Positions 9,372 to 19,411 of a stretch of DNA of 64,000 nt are shown here, in pieces. The first letter of the stretch is position 1; each line of letters starts with the position of its first letter. The notes beneath the pieces are model-generated. The model saw only the letters and a list, made by a program, of their open reading frames with translations. It had not been told where the DNA came from and ran no database searches. A program made the position numbers and the translations under genes. The stretch is from Candidatus Aenigmatarchaeota archaeon (lineage in GTDB: Archaea; Aenigmatarchaeota; Aenigmatarchaeia; Aenigmatarchaeales; Aenigmatarchaeaceae), in assembly GCA_043814985.1 (NCBI GenBank), contig JBDRJK010000019.1, positions 64,001-128,000 on the forward strand, written 5' to 3'.

Positions 9372-10172
9372 ATGACGGACAACCTAATTTTGATCAAGCT
9401 CGGCGGCAGTCTTATAACAGACAAGAACACGCCCTTTACACCAAGACACGATGTTATCAACAGACTGGCAAAGGAGATACACGAGGCCAGGCAGGAAAAG
9501 AAATTAAAGATTATTGTAGGACATGGTGGCGGTTCTTTCCCTCACAAGCCGGCAAAGGACTATAGGACTAATGAAGGCATAGTGAACGGAGACAGTTTCA
9601 AAGGAATCTCTCTTGTCCAGGACGCGGCTTCTAAGCTTAATCGAATAATTGTTGATGCTTTGATAGATGCTGGCGAGAACGCTATTTCTGTGCAACCTTC
9701 TGCTTCCCTTATATCAGAGAACGGCAGGATAAAGGAGTGGTATCTTAAGCCAGTAACTGAGATGCTAAAAAATGATTTGTTGCCAGTACCTTATGGTGAT
9801 GTTTCAATGGACACAAAAAAGGGCTGCTGCATAATATCCACTGAGGAGATTCTTAATTACATAGCAAAACATTCTTCTTTCAAGAAAATAATCCTTGCTG
9901 GTATAACCAATGGTGTGTATGAGAAAGACCCTACAATATACAAGGATGCCAAACTGATTCCTGAGATAAACTCGAAGAACTTCGAGGAAATCAAAAAATA
10001 CCTTGGTGGCAGTACTGGGATTGATGTCACTGGAGGCATGCTCCACAGGGTAACTAGGATATTTGAGCTGTCAAAGTTCGGTACTGAATCTATTGTGATG
10101 AGCGGGGAAATAGAGGGCAACCTGAAAAGGGCTTTGCTTGGAGAAAGAGTAGGAACGCTTATGAGATTGTGA
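9372..10172 (+). CDS. ipk: isopentenyl phosphate kinase
   Basis: IKLGGSLITDK, GHGGGSFPH, PVPYGDV, DVTGGM. Confidence 0.92.
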   Translation: MTDNLILIKLGGSLITDKNTPFTPRHDVINRLAKEIHEARQEKKLKIIVGHGGGSFPHKPAKDYRTNEGIVNGDSFKGISLVQDAASKLNRIIVDALIDAGENAISVQPSASLISENGRIKEWYLKPVTEMLKNDLLPVPYGDVSMDTKKGCCIISTEEILNYIAKHSSFKKIILAGITNGVYEKDPTIYKDAKLIPEINSKNFEEIKKYLGGSTGIDVTGGMLHRVTRIFELSKFGTESIVMSGEIEGNLKRALLGERVGTLMRL

Positions 10173-10174
10173 TT

Positions 10175-10699
10175 ATGGAAGAGATAATTTCTGTTGTAGA
10201 TGAGAAGGATATTTTACTGAGAGGAGAAGACAGGAAAAAAGTCCATGCTTCCACCTTTTGGCACAGAGGAATACATGTTTTTCTTTTCAATAAAAAAGGT
10301 GAGCTGTTAGTTCAATTGCGATCTCCAGACAAGGACAAATATCCCAATACTTTCGATTGTTCTGTCTCAGGTCATGTTGATTATGGAAATGGATATCTTG
10401 AGACCGCTAATAGGGAAATGAATGAGGAAGTTGGGCTGGATGGTTTAGATTTGGAACTGCTTGTGCATTTCAGGATGGTTTATGGTGATAGGGATTATAT
10501 GATAAGCAAGCTTTTCAGGTGCGAATATGGTGGTGAGATAAAACCGAATGAAGAAGTTTCAGAAATAAAATTCTTGAAGATGGATGAACTGAAAAAAGCA
10601 ATAATTGAGAAGCCTGATATGTTTACTCCTTGGTTTGTGGAAATGTTAAAATGGCATTTTAAGATGGAAAATAAGTTGCATATTCTTAAGGTTTATTGA
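10175..10699 (+). CDS. Nudix hydrolase with IDI-1-like fold (catalytic IDI Cys/Glu not evident)
   Basis: HRGIHVFLFN...GHV...ANREMNEEVG Nudix box, FTPWF. Confidence 0.8.
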   Translation: MEEIISVVDEKDILLRGEDRKKVHASTFWHRGIHVFLFNKKGELLVQLRSPDKDKYPNTFDCSVSGHVDYGNGYLETANREMNEEVGLDGLDLELLVHFRMVYGDRDYMISKLFRCEYGGEIKPNEEVSEIKFLKMDELKKAIIEKPDMFTPWFVEMLKWHFKMENKLHILKVY

Positions 10700-10706
10700 G
10701 AATTTT

Positions 10707-11732
10707 CTAAAGCTTTCTTTGATCAACCCAGTCCTTGACTTTTCCATCCAAAATGTATTTTGTATTTTTCAATTCTTCTATGTTCTTAGAGCCAGTCAAA
10801 AGCATTGTTGTCTTCAGCTCCTTTTCCAGTTTGTCAATATATTCTTCCACACCCTGTTTTCCTTTGGTTTTCAGAATCCTCAAGAAGGGTAAAGCTATGC
10901 CGCACATCTCCGCTCCAAGTGCAATTGATTTGGCAATGTCAACACCTGACCTAATCCCGCCCGTAGCAATTAGAGGCAGCCCTACTTTGGCTTCTATAAT
11001 CGAAACAGGAGTCGGGATTCCCCAATTCTTGAAATTCTGGAACTCCTTGCCAGATATCAAGCCGTCAATAACAATCCAGTTAGTTCCCCCAAAACCTCCC
11101 ACATCTATTGCCTTGACACCAGCTTCCTTAAGTTTCAAAGCAACATCTCTTGATATGCCAAAACCTACCTCCTTGCCAATAACAGGGTATTTCAAATCCT
11201 TGCATAAGTCCTTCAGAAAACATAGGCATTCACTGAAATTGGAGTCTCCGTTTTTCTGGAATATCTCTTGGGAGGGGTTTATGTGAACGCAAAGGGCATT
11301 TGCTCCAACATATTTCAAGGCTTCCTCGATTTTATCAATGCTGAATTTCTTCAATTGATATATGCCTACATTGCCGAAAAGCAGAACATTAGGAGCAACA
11401 TCTCTAACATAGTAAGTATCCTTCAATTTAGGGTCTTCTATCATGGCTCTCTGGGATCCCAAAGAAAATCCAATACCTTTCTTCTCTGCTATTTCTGCTA
11501 GGTCCTTGTTTATTTTAGTTGCCTCTTCTGTCCCACCTGTCATTGATGCTATTGTCAGGGGTAATCTGAGTTTTGTTCCAAGAAACTCCGTGGTAGTGTC
11601 TATTTTTGCCAAATCCAATTCAGGCAAAGAATTATGAACTAGGTTAACATCCTCAAAACATGCCTTATTGCTTTCAACATTCTCCTCTATGCATATCTTA
11701 AGATGGTCCTTTTTTCTTCTCTCCGTTGTCAT
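10707..11732 (-). CDS. fni: type 2 isopentenyl-diphosphate delta-isomerase
   Basis: RKKDHL, SMTGG, GSQR, HINPSQE, KEVGFG, GGFGGTNW, ATGGIRSGVDIAKSIALGA. Confidence 0.96.
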   Translation of the reverse strand: MTTERRKKDHLKICIEENVESNKACFEDVNLVHNSLPELDLAKIDTTTEFLGTKLRLPLTIASMTGGTEEATKINKDLAEIAEKKGIGFSLGSQRAMIEDPKLKDTYYVRDVAPNVLLFGNVGIYQLKKFSIDKIEEALKYVGANALCVHINPSQEIFQKNGDSNFSECLCFLKDLCKDLKYPVIGKEVGFGISRDVALKLKEAGVKAIDVGGFGGTNWIVIDGLISGKEFQNFKNWGIPTPVSIIEAKVGLPLIATGGIRSGVDIAKSIALGAEMCGIALPFLRILKTKGKQGVEEYIDKLEKELKTTMLLTGSKNIEELKNTKYILDGKVKDWVDQRKL

Positions 11733-11798
11733 AGTAATAGAATACAAAGGAAGAATATATAAAAGTGATAACCGGATACGATGAAAGACGAAGGCTTG

Positions 11799-12188
11799 TC
11801 AGAATTTGACTGTTTCTTTGGGAAATACCTTTCTAAATGATTCGTATACATTTTCATTTAATTGTTTTTTTGTTTCTTTATCCAACTCATGGAGATACAT
11901 ATCCCCCCCTGCATGAGCTCTATCTAAACCTCCAATATTATTCAAGAAATCCAAATTGTCTGTGTTCGTTTTCCTTGCTCCTTTATACTGTGGAATCAGT
12001 TTTTTAGAATCAATATCATGAATCACAGAAAGAAGAATATTTTGCTCTCCATATCTTAGCAAAAGAGTTTGTTCTATACCATTCTTTGTAAAGAAATCTT
12101 TTCTATCTAAAACATTAAGTCCTCTTTCCTTAAGTTCATCAATTACTCGTCCTATATTGCCTTTTTTAGTTTCTTGTACCATAGCCAT
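11799..12188 (-). CDS. hypothetical protein
   Basis: 129-aa ORF with an upstream GGTGA RBS; no family recognised. Confidence 0.55.
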   Translation of the reverse strand: MAMVQETKKGNIGRVIDELKERGLNVLDRKDFFTKNGIEQTLLLRYGEQNILLSVIHDIDSKKLIPQYKGARKTNTDNLDFLNNIGGLDRAHAGGDMYLHELDKETKKQLNENVYESFRKVFPKETVKF

Positions 12189-12204
12189 ATTTTCACCAAT
12201 TATA

Positions 12205-12579
12205 CTATTGGGATCCTATGCTGAGTTTCGGTATATCCAATCTCTTTTTCCCAATCCCTAATCTTCCAAACAACTTCCATCTTGTTGCCTTTACTACAAC
12301 TTCCTTTCCAACCCCACATTTTTTAATTTGTGTATGAATATATCTATTACAACTTGGTGAATGTGGTCTTTTGACTTCTTTATACTCCATTAGAGCATTT
12401 TTATTCATATATCCCTCTGGTAAAATATACACATCTTGATTGCATCCTGGACATGGTATACCCGTTTTTGCAACTCCACTACCCGGAACTTGTATAGGAA
12501 TATCTATGTTGTAATTTACCAACGGGATTTTTTTCAGATTTGGTTCACCGTTTTCGTATACAGTTTCTATTAATGACAT
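12205..12579 (-). CDS. hypothetical protein with CxxC...HxxxC putative zinc site
   Basis: CPGC...HSPSC; RBS GGAGG upstream. Confidence 0.6.
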   Translation of the reverse strand: MSLIETVYENGEPNLKKIPLVNYNIDIPIQVPGSGVAKTGIPCPGCNQDVYILPEGYMNKNALMEYKEVKRPHSPSCNRYIHTQIKKCGVGKEVVVKATRWKLFGRLGIGKKRLDIPKLSIGSQ

Positions 12580-12787
12580 ATTTACAACCTCCCTTTTAGG
12601 TTATCCTATTATAAAACTAAATCTTTATATACTTATCGGTAGTAAAAACAGCCTTATAAAATCTTCCCTGATTCTAATATCGTTGTTTGCTGAATTTCTC
12701 GTCAAATGACTGAAGTTTGTAAATTGTCGTGGTTAAGTATATATTCCGACGATGAGATATTTTCTATTCGAGTGGTGGTAATTTTTA

Positions 12788-13068
12788 TGACAGCTGATCC
12801 CATCTTAGGTCAAACAAAGTCATACAGGCATAAGGACATGCCAGATGCCGTGAGGAGGGCTGCTGAAAGTCTTCCTAAATTGGAAGGCAACCCACACCTG
12901 CCTGTATATGGTTCTCAGCATCTTGAAATACTAAGAAAGTCTTTGGAAAAGCAACTGAATGTTTCCATACCGCATATCCTTGTGAAAATCATTCCTGAGG
13001 AAAAACCATCAATTGATTATGAAACTGATTTGGTTTTTCATGCAGGTTATTCTGGTACCGAAGGTTAG
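12788..13068 (+). CDS. hypothetical protein
   Basis: ORF with a GGTGG RBS before the ATG near 12788; start is uncertain. Confidence 0.45.
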
Positions 13069-13129
13069 CAATTTTTTACACTAAAGATAAAATCTTTTAA
13101 GCTTCTAGATTTAACTATTTTTGATTGAT

Positions 13130-14848
13130 ATGATTAGGCAGCCCATTGTTGTGACTATTGGCCATGTGGACCATGGAAAAACCACTTTGCTAGACAAGAT
13201 TAGAAAAACAGCTGTCCAGTCAAAGGAAGCTGGCGGCATAACGCAGGCAATAGGCGCAACAGAGATACCTCTGGACATTGTCAAGAAAGTGTGCGGCGAC
13301 CTTCTGAAGAAAATGAAAATAGAAATCAAAATTCCAGGCTTGTTATTCATAGACACTCCTGGACACGAGGCTTTCACAGCTATCAGGAAGAGGGGATCAT
13401 CAATAGCTGACTTAGCGATTCTTGTTATTGACATAAATTCCGGCATACAGCCCCAGACAGACGAGTCAATTCAGATATTGAAAGAGTTCAAGACGCCCTT
13501 CCTTATCGCAGCAACCAAGATTGACAGGTTGGAGGGTTGGATAAGAAAAGAGGGCTCTTGCTTTTTAGAGAGCTTCGAGAAGCAGCCGGACTGGGTAAAG
13601 CAGAGGTTTGATGAGAAGTTCTACAGGCTCATTGGTCAGCTATCAGAGAGGGGTTTCAATTCAGAAAGATTTGACAGGGTTGAGGATTTCAAGAAGACCG
13701 TTTCAGTAGTGCCGTGCTCCGGATTGACTGGCGAAGGCATACCTGAACTTTTGATGATGCTTACTGGTCTTGCACAGAACTTCCTGAAAAATGAGTTGGA
13801 AGTATCCAAGGGCATTGGCAGGGGCTCCATACTTGAGGTTAAAAATGTGAGAGGTTTGGGCTCAACAATAGATGTGATTCTTTATGACGGAGAAATAAAG
13901 AAGGGGGACTGGTTGATAGTCGGTGGTAAAAAACCAATAGTGACAAAGATAAAGGCCCTGCTAAAACCTAGGCCGTTAAAAGAAATAAGAGTCGAGAAGC
14001 AGTTCGAAAATATCGATTATGTTTTTGCTGCTGCTGGAGTAAAGATTGCAGCGCCTGATTTGGAGGATGCCATTGCAGGAAGTCCCATAGCTACTGTCCA
14101 TGAGGGAGGCCAGATAGAGGAGATGAAGAAGGAACTGCAAACAGGTATAGAAGAGATTGAGTTTGAAAAGGCAATTGATGGGATAATACTGAAGGCAGAC
14201 AACCTCGGCAGTTTGGAAGCCTTGATTGGTATTTTCAAGGACAGGGTTCCCATACAGAAGGCAGGAACAGGGAATGTTCTGAGAAAGGACGTTATTGCGA
14301 TAGATGCTGGCAAGGATTCCCTGAAGAAAATTATTATAGCTTTCAATGTGGGCATTGATGATGTGGCTGCCCAATACGCAAAAGACAAGTCAATCAAGAT
14401 TCTACAGAACAACATAATATACAAACTGACAGAAGGTTATGACGAGTTTGTGAAAGAAGCTAAAGAGAAAATCAGATTGCAGAAGCTTGACACAATAACC
14501 ATGCCAGCCAAGATTAGGATAATACCAGGTCACACCTTCAGGGCTTCAAACCCTGCCATAGTTGGAGTAGAAGTTTTAGCAGGGACAATAAAGGCTGGCT
14601 ACAGGCTCCAGAAGGGAGGGAAGGAGATTGGGGAAATAAAGACAATACAGTCTGACAACAAGACTTTGGAGAGGGCTGAAACTGGAGACAAAGCCGCAGT
14701 TTCCATTGTTGGACCGACTGTTGGAAGGCACATAATGGAAGGGGATGAAATAACAACTCTTTTGACTGAAAAGGACTTGAAGGTTTTGGAAGATTTAGAA
14801 CTGAATGCGGAAATACAGCTTGCCAAGCAAATTCTAGGCATTGATTAG
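13130..14848 (+). CDS. infB: translation initiation factor aIF5B (IF-2)
   Basis: RQPIV...GHVDHGKTTLLD, GGITQAIGA, DTPGHEAF, KID. Confidence 0.97.
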   Translation: MIRQPIVVTIGHVDHGKTTLLDKIRKTAVQSKEAGGITQAIGATEIPLDIVKKVCGDLLKKMKIEIKIPGLLFIDTPGHEAFTAIRKRGSSIADLAILVIDINSGIQPQTDESIQILKEFKTPFLIAATKIDRLEGWIRKEGSCFLESFEKQPDWVKQRFDEKFYRLIGQLSERGFNSERFDRVEDFKKTVSVVPCSGLTGEGIPELLMMLTGLAQNFLKNELEVSKGIGRGSILEVKNVRGLGSTIDVILYDGEIKKGDWLIVGGKKPIVTKIKALLKPRPLKEIRVEKQFENIDYVFAAAGVKIAAPDLEDAIAGSPIATVHEGGQIEEMKKELQTGIEEIEFEKAIDGIILKADNLGSLEALIGIFKDRVPIQKAGTGNVLRKDVIAIDAGKDSLKKIIIAFNVGIDDVAAQYAKDKSIKILQNNIIYKLTEGYDEFVKEAKEKIRLQKLDTITMPAKIRIIPGHTFRASNPAIVGVEVLAGTIKAGYRLQKGGKEIGEIKTIQSDNKTLERAETGDKAAVSIVGPTVGRHIMEGDEITTLLTEKDLKVLEDLELNAEIQLAKQILGID

Positions 14849-15567
14849 AATACCGTGAAACCTAGCAACAACAAAATAATTATCAGCAGAGGCTGGTGCA
14901 CCAGATAAATGAACAGCGACTTTCTACCAAGAAATGATAAGAATCTTACAATGGAAGAGTTTGAAACATCTTTTATCTTGAAGCTTCTTTTGCCGTTCTT
15001 GTATAAAACGTTTCCAAAATAAATTCCCAACAGAGTTATCCCGAACCATGGAAGAATTGGAAAGTAGTCAAAGGTGTAAAAATGTTGTGGAGCAAAGCCC
15101 AGCCACAAAAGCCAAGGGAAATCAAAGCTGAAGTTTTGTAGATATAAACCAATAATAATTAACAACAATCCTAGCAACAAGTTCAGTTTTTTAAACTTCA
15201 AGAAGAACTGACCGAGTATTATTGAAACCCCTATGAAATGAAGGATTCCGAAAACTACAAAGGATTCAGGAAATGTTAGAAACGTGATAACACTTATTAG
15301 AAGACCATAACTAAAAACCTTCAAGCCCCTTGAAAAGTACTTCTTGTATGTTTCCTTTAATTTCTTGCCCCTGATTCTACTATAGCTTATTGTCAGGCTT
15401 AAACCAACTAGGAAAATGAAAATAGAGGCACCTAAACCTGGAAGAGCCATTCCCAAGCTGAAGGTGTATATTCCCAGATACATAAGGGTAAAGGACCAGT
15501 TGAAAATCACAATCCTGATTAATGCAATTCCACGCAGAGCATCTATTTCCCAAAACCTCTTCTTCAT
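14845..15567 (-). CDS. DUF1624 / heparan-alpha-glucosaminide N-acetyltransferase-like membrane protein
   Basis: RFWEIDALRGIA, FGILHFIG, DYFPILPWFG, LGRKSLFIYLVHQP. Confidence 0.88.
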   Translation of the reverse strand: MKKRFWEIDALRGIALIRIVIFNWSFTLMYLGIYTFSLGMALPGLGASIFIFLVGLSLTISYSRIRGKKLKETYKKYFSRGLKVFSYGLLISVITFLTFPESFVVFGILHFIGVSIILGQFFLKFKKLNLLLGLLLIIIGLYLQNFSFDFPWLLWLGFAPQHFYTFDYFPILPWFGITLLGIYFGNVLYKNGKRSFKIKDVSNSSIVRFLSFLGRKSLFIYLVHQPLLIIILLLLGFTVF

Positions 15568-15645
15568 AACTTTTAAATAGTTTCTTTTTAATTAATAAAC
15601 AACCCGGAAATGTGCCTAATAAGCTAAAACTGGGGGTGATATATT

Positions 15646-16227
15646 ATGGCATTTAAAATTGTAGTAAGCGAACCAAAAAGCAGAAAGGCTTGGCAGATAG
15701 AAAAAGAAGCGCCTTTGCTGGTTGGGAAGAAGATTGGGGAAAATTTCGACGGTTCTTTGATAGGCTTGTCCGGTTTCAAGTTGCAAGTTACTGGCGGTAG
15801 TGACAAGGACGGCTTTCCAATGAGACCGGATTTGGACGGGTCGCAAAGGAAAAAGGCTTTGCTGACAAAGGGCATCGGTTTCAAGGGAAGGAAAAAGATA
15901 AAGAAGAAAATCTTCAAGGTCAAGGGCCTTAGAAAGAGGAAGTTCATAAGAGGCAACATAGTTTCTGACGATATAATGCAGATAAACTGCAAGATTGTGG
16001 AAGGAGAAGGTGACATTCCAAAGATATTGGGAATACAGCCAAAGGTAAAAGAGGGTGAGGAAAAAGCAGCAGAACAGCCTAAAGAGGAAAAGCCACAAGA
16101 GAAACCAAAAGAGGCTCCCAAGGAAGAAGCAAAACCTGTAGAGAAGAAAGAGGAACCCAAGAAGGAAGAGCCCAAACCAGAACCAAATAAAGAAGAAAGC
16201 AAGCCTGAAGAGAAGAAGGGTGAGTAA
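15646..16227 (+). CDS. rps6e: 30S ribosomal protein S6e with Glu/Lys/Pro C-terminal tail
   Basis: FKIVVSEP...VTGGSDKDGFPMRPD...RKRKFIRGN...QINCKIV. Confidence 0.95.
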   Translation: MAFKIVVSEPKSRKAWQIEKEAPLLVGKKIGENFDGSLIGLSGFKLQVTGGSDKDGFPMRPDLDGSQRKKALLTKGIGFKGRKKIKKKIFKVKGLRKRKFIRGNIVSDDIMQINCKIVEGEGDIPKILGIQPKVKEGEEKAAEQPKEEKPQEKPKEAPKEEAKPVEKKEEPKKEEPKPEPNKEESKPEEKKGE

Positions 16228-16738
16228 ATTCAACAGGGAAATCGAGACCAAGTTCAGAGTGGATGAGAAACTCTCCTCCAAGCTAAAGAGTCTAAACCTT
16301 GTTCCACATGAAGAGATAGATGAATATTTCTTTACAAAGGAAAATGTTACTGGAAGCACATATCTCAGGTTCAGAAAGAAAAAGGGAAAGGTGTTTCTTA
16401 ATTTAAAGAACGTGATAATCGGTGGGACTGATGTTGACATCTATGAGTCAGAGGAAATTATGACCGAATTGACAGCAGAACAGTATGAAAAATTAAGAAA
16501 AATATTTGAAATACTATTTCCCATAAAATTACAGGTAAGAAAAATAAGAAAGACTGGAAAATACGGGCAATGTGAAATATGCCATGATTCTGTTGATGAC
16601 TTGGGCGAATTTTTTGAAATAGAAGGCAGCAGAGAAAATATAAAGAAAGTCTGCGAAGAATTAGATATTGATAATAGCTTGAGAGACAGAGAAAAGGGTT
16701 ATGTTGAAATGACTTTAAAGAAAATGGGATTGAAATGA
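16220..16738 (+). CDS. CYTH domain protein
   Basis: EIETKF (ExExK), DEYF, LRFR, DDLGEFFEIE. Confidence 0.85.
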   Translation: MSKFNREIETKFRVDEKLSSKLKSLNLVPHEEIDEYFFTKENVTGSTYLRFRKKKGKVFLNLKNVIIGGTDVDIYESEEIMTELTAEQYEKLRKIFEILFPIKLQVRKIRKTGKYGQCEICHDSVDDLGEFFEIEGSRENIKKVCEELDIDNSLRDREKGYVEMTLKKMGLK

Positions 16739-17934
16739 AAAAAATAGATGAGAGATTAATACCAGAAGTTAATATCGGCACTCTTGGTCATGTAGATCAT
16801 GGCAAGTCATCAGTTGTCCAGGCAATTTCAGGAAAGTGGCCGGCAACTCATTCTGAGGAACTCAAGAGAGGAATCACAATAAAATTAGGATATGCTGATG
16901 CAACTATATACAAGTGTGATAAATGCAATTTGTTTTGCTCAACAGAAAAATGCATCAAATGTTCTGGAAAGTGCGAGCCTGTGAGAACAGTCTCATTTGT
17001 TGACGCTCCTGGCCACGAGACCCTGATGGCGACTGTTTTGGCAGGGGCAAGCTTAATGGATGGAATATTGTTTATCATAGCTGCTAACGAGAAGTGTCCG
17101 CAGCCCCAGACAAGGGAGCACCTGATGGTTCTTAACATCGTTGGGATAAAGAACGTCATTATTGTCCAGTCCAAGGTAGATCTGGTTACCAGGGAAAAGG
17201 CAATGAATAGCTACAATCAAATAAAGGAGTTCGTCAAGGGGACAGTGGCTGAGAATGCTCCGATAATTCCTGTTTCTGCGCAGAAGAACCTTAACATGGA
17301 CCTTCTGTTGCAATTGATACAAGAGAGAATACCGACTCCGAAAAAGGACAATACCAAGCCTGCCAAGATGCTGGTTGTCAGGTCTTTTGATGTTAACAAG
17401 CCTGGAACAGAGATTGAGAAACTGAGAGGAGGAGTATTGGGAGGAGCCCTCATACAAGGAGAATTGAAGGTTGGGGACGAAGTCGAGATAAGGCCTGGCA
17501 TAAGGACAAAGGACAACTGGAATCCAATCAAGACAAAAGTATCTGGTTTGCAGAAAGCAGGCAAGGATTTGGAAAGAGCAGATGCGGGAGGTCTGCTGGG
17601 TGTTCTGACAGAGCTTGATCCATTCCTATCCAAGGCAGACTCGCTCACGGGCTCTCTGGTTGGAAATGAGCTGCCTCCTATATTAAACAACATATCCTTC
17701 AGGCCAAACCTTTTTGATAAGATAATTGAGAAAATAGAACCGTTGAGAATGGAGGAGCAGCTGATGGTCAATGTGGGGACTGCTAGAACATTGGGAATAA
17801 TCAAGAACCTTAAGGACGGTGTCTGCGATTTGGAGCTAAGGCTTCCCATATGCGCTGCCAAGGGTGACAGAATCGTCCTTTCAAGGAGAATTGCAGAAAG
17901 ATGGAGACTCATTGGGTGGGGTCTCATAGAATAA
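16735..17934 (+). CDS. eif2g: translation initiation factor aIF2 gamma subunit
   Basis: NIGTLGHVDHGKS, EELKRGITIKLGYA, zinc knuckle, DAPGHE, PQPQTREH, WRLIGWG. Confidence 0.97.
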   Translation: MKKIDERLIPEVNIGTLGHVDHGKSSVVQAISGKWPATHSEELKRGITIKLGYADATIYKCDKCNLFCSTEKCIKCSGKCEPVRTVSFVDAPGHETLMATVLAGASLMDGILFIIAANEKCPQPQTREHLMVLNIVGIKNVIIVQSKVDLVTREKAMNSYNQIKEFVKGTVAENAPIIPVSAQKNLNMDLLLQLIQERIPTPKKDNTKPAKMLVVRSFDVNKPGTEIEKLRGGVLGGALIQGELKVGDEVEIRPGIRTKDNWNPIKTKVSGLQKAGKDLERADAGGLLGVLTELDPFLSKADSLTGSLVGNELPPILNNISFRPNLFDKIIEKIEPLRMEEQLMVNVGTARTLGIIKNLKDGVCDLELRLPICAAKGDRIVLSRRIAERWRLIGWGLIE

Positions 17935-17969
17935 CAAAATATTTAAGCTTAAATGTATAATTGTTTCTT

Positions 17970-19370
17970 ATGAAAAAGCTGGTATTGTCATTTCTGGTCC
18001 TATCTATTATCTTGACACAAGTTGCATTTGCGCAAGATTTCAACATTGTTGTGGAACCTTCTGATTTATCACACTATGATTTTTTTGCCAGCCATACTGC
18101 TTACATAACAGTTACCATAAACAACCCAATGCCAGAGGACTGGTTCTCAATAATTGTGTTCGGATTTCCTAATGAATGGGTTGTTGCCAAGGAGTCCTTG
18201 GTAAAAATACCTTCTTACAGTAGCAAAACAGTACTTCTAGAGGTCAAACCAGCAAGAGATGCCATACCTCAAGAAAAGGAATACCTGCTTAAGATTACAA
18301 GGCCCAGCACAGGTTCTGTATTAGAGCAAGCCATGCGCATAAATATCAAGCAGGTCACATCAGCAATAATAAGGGACATTTCCCTGAGCTGCGAGACTTG
18401 CTCTGATGAAGTCATAGTTTCGGGTGATGCTCTTAATGTTGGCTCAAAATCGTTGACCAACTTGGCTGTCATAGTAAAGGTTGCCAACCAGCAAAAAACA
18501 TTTCCAATCAATAGGTTGGGTGTGCTAGAAAGCAAAGATTTTGCTCTCAGCTTCTCGTTAGATGGATTAAGTCCAGAAGAATATGATGTTGATTTTAACT
18601 TGGTCAATGATGTTGGCATGAGCTTTTACAAAGAAACAAAGACACTTAACATCCCTTCCTTTGAGAACGTCATCTATGATGAAGAGGTATCTACAACACC
18701 GTTCGGAAGCTCGGTGACTGTTACAGCAACCAACACCGGTAATGTTGTTGCAGAGGCTGACTTGCAGTCTGTTTCAACAGAGGGATGGCATTATTTCATA
18801 TCAGGCCCGACTCCAACAGGCATGATGCTCGGCAGTTATTTCTGGAAAGTAAGCTTGGCGCCTAACGAGTCCAGAAGCATAACCTACTCTGAAATCTACT
18901 GGCCAACTTATGTTCTGATAATTTCCGCTGTGATGATTGCAGTTTTCATATACTGGCAGTCAACAGCTTTGGTTTTCTCAAAAAGATTGATTAGGAAGTC
19001 TGGAAAAGAGGTCTCAGTCTCCCTTCACTTGAAGAGCAAGAAAAGGGGCGTTGGCAATGTTGTTGTCAAGGACAGTGTTCCTGCTGATTTCTCGATTGTC
19101 AGCAAGTTCGAAAGCGTTAAACCGCTCATAAGAAAGGTAGCAAGCGGGGTAGAGCTCCATTGGAAGTTGGGAAGTCTGAGTCCACATGAGGAAAGAGTTC
19201 TCCATTACACATTGAAGCCAGCAAGGGAATTGTTTAAAGATGTAAAGCTACCAAGCGCAAAGGCAAAGGGTGTTAGACGCAAAGCACCTATTTACAAACG
19301 TTCTAACAGGGTTTCTATTCATCCCAAGAAAAGGGCAAAAGGCTTTGTCACAGTATCAGTCAAGGAATGA
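17970..19370 (+). CDS. secreted, membrane-anchored protein with Ig-like beta domains
   Basis: N-terminal signal peptide, beta-rich repeats (NVG, NTGN), a TM helix in the C-terminal half, then a cytoplasmic domain. Confidence 0.65.
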   Translation: MKKLVLSFLVLSIILTQVAFAQDFNIVVEPSDLSHYDFFASHTAYITVTINNPMPEDWFSIIVFGFPNEWVVAKESLVKIPSYSSKTVLLEVKPARDAIPQEKEYLLKITRPSTGSVLEQAMRINIKQVTSAIIRDISLSCETCSDEVIVSGDALNVGSKSLTNLAVIVKVANQQKTFPINRLGVLESKDFALSFSLDGLSPEEYDVDFNLVNDVGMSFYKETKTLNIPSFENVIYDEEVSTTPFGSSVTVTATNTGNVVAEADLQSVSTEGWHYFISGPTPTGMMLGSYFWKVSLAPNESRSITYSEIYWPTYVLIISAVMIAVFIYWQSTALVFSKRLIRKSGKEVSVSLHLKSKKRGVGNVVVKDSVPADFSIVSKFESVKPLIRKVASGVELHWKLGSLSPHEERVLHYTLKPARELFKDVKLPSAKAKGVRRKAPIYKRSNRVSIHPKKRAKGFVTVSVKE

Positions 19371-19411
19371 TTCTGGAAAAGAATTTAAAGCTTACATAAC
19401 TAATGATTTTT

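Noticed and set aside
15616..16440. 274-aa and 192-aa minus-strand ORFs
   Set aside because: Antisense shadows of rps6e and its repetitive tail.
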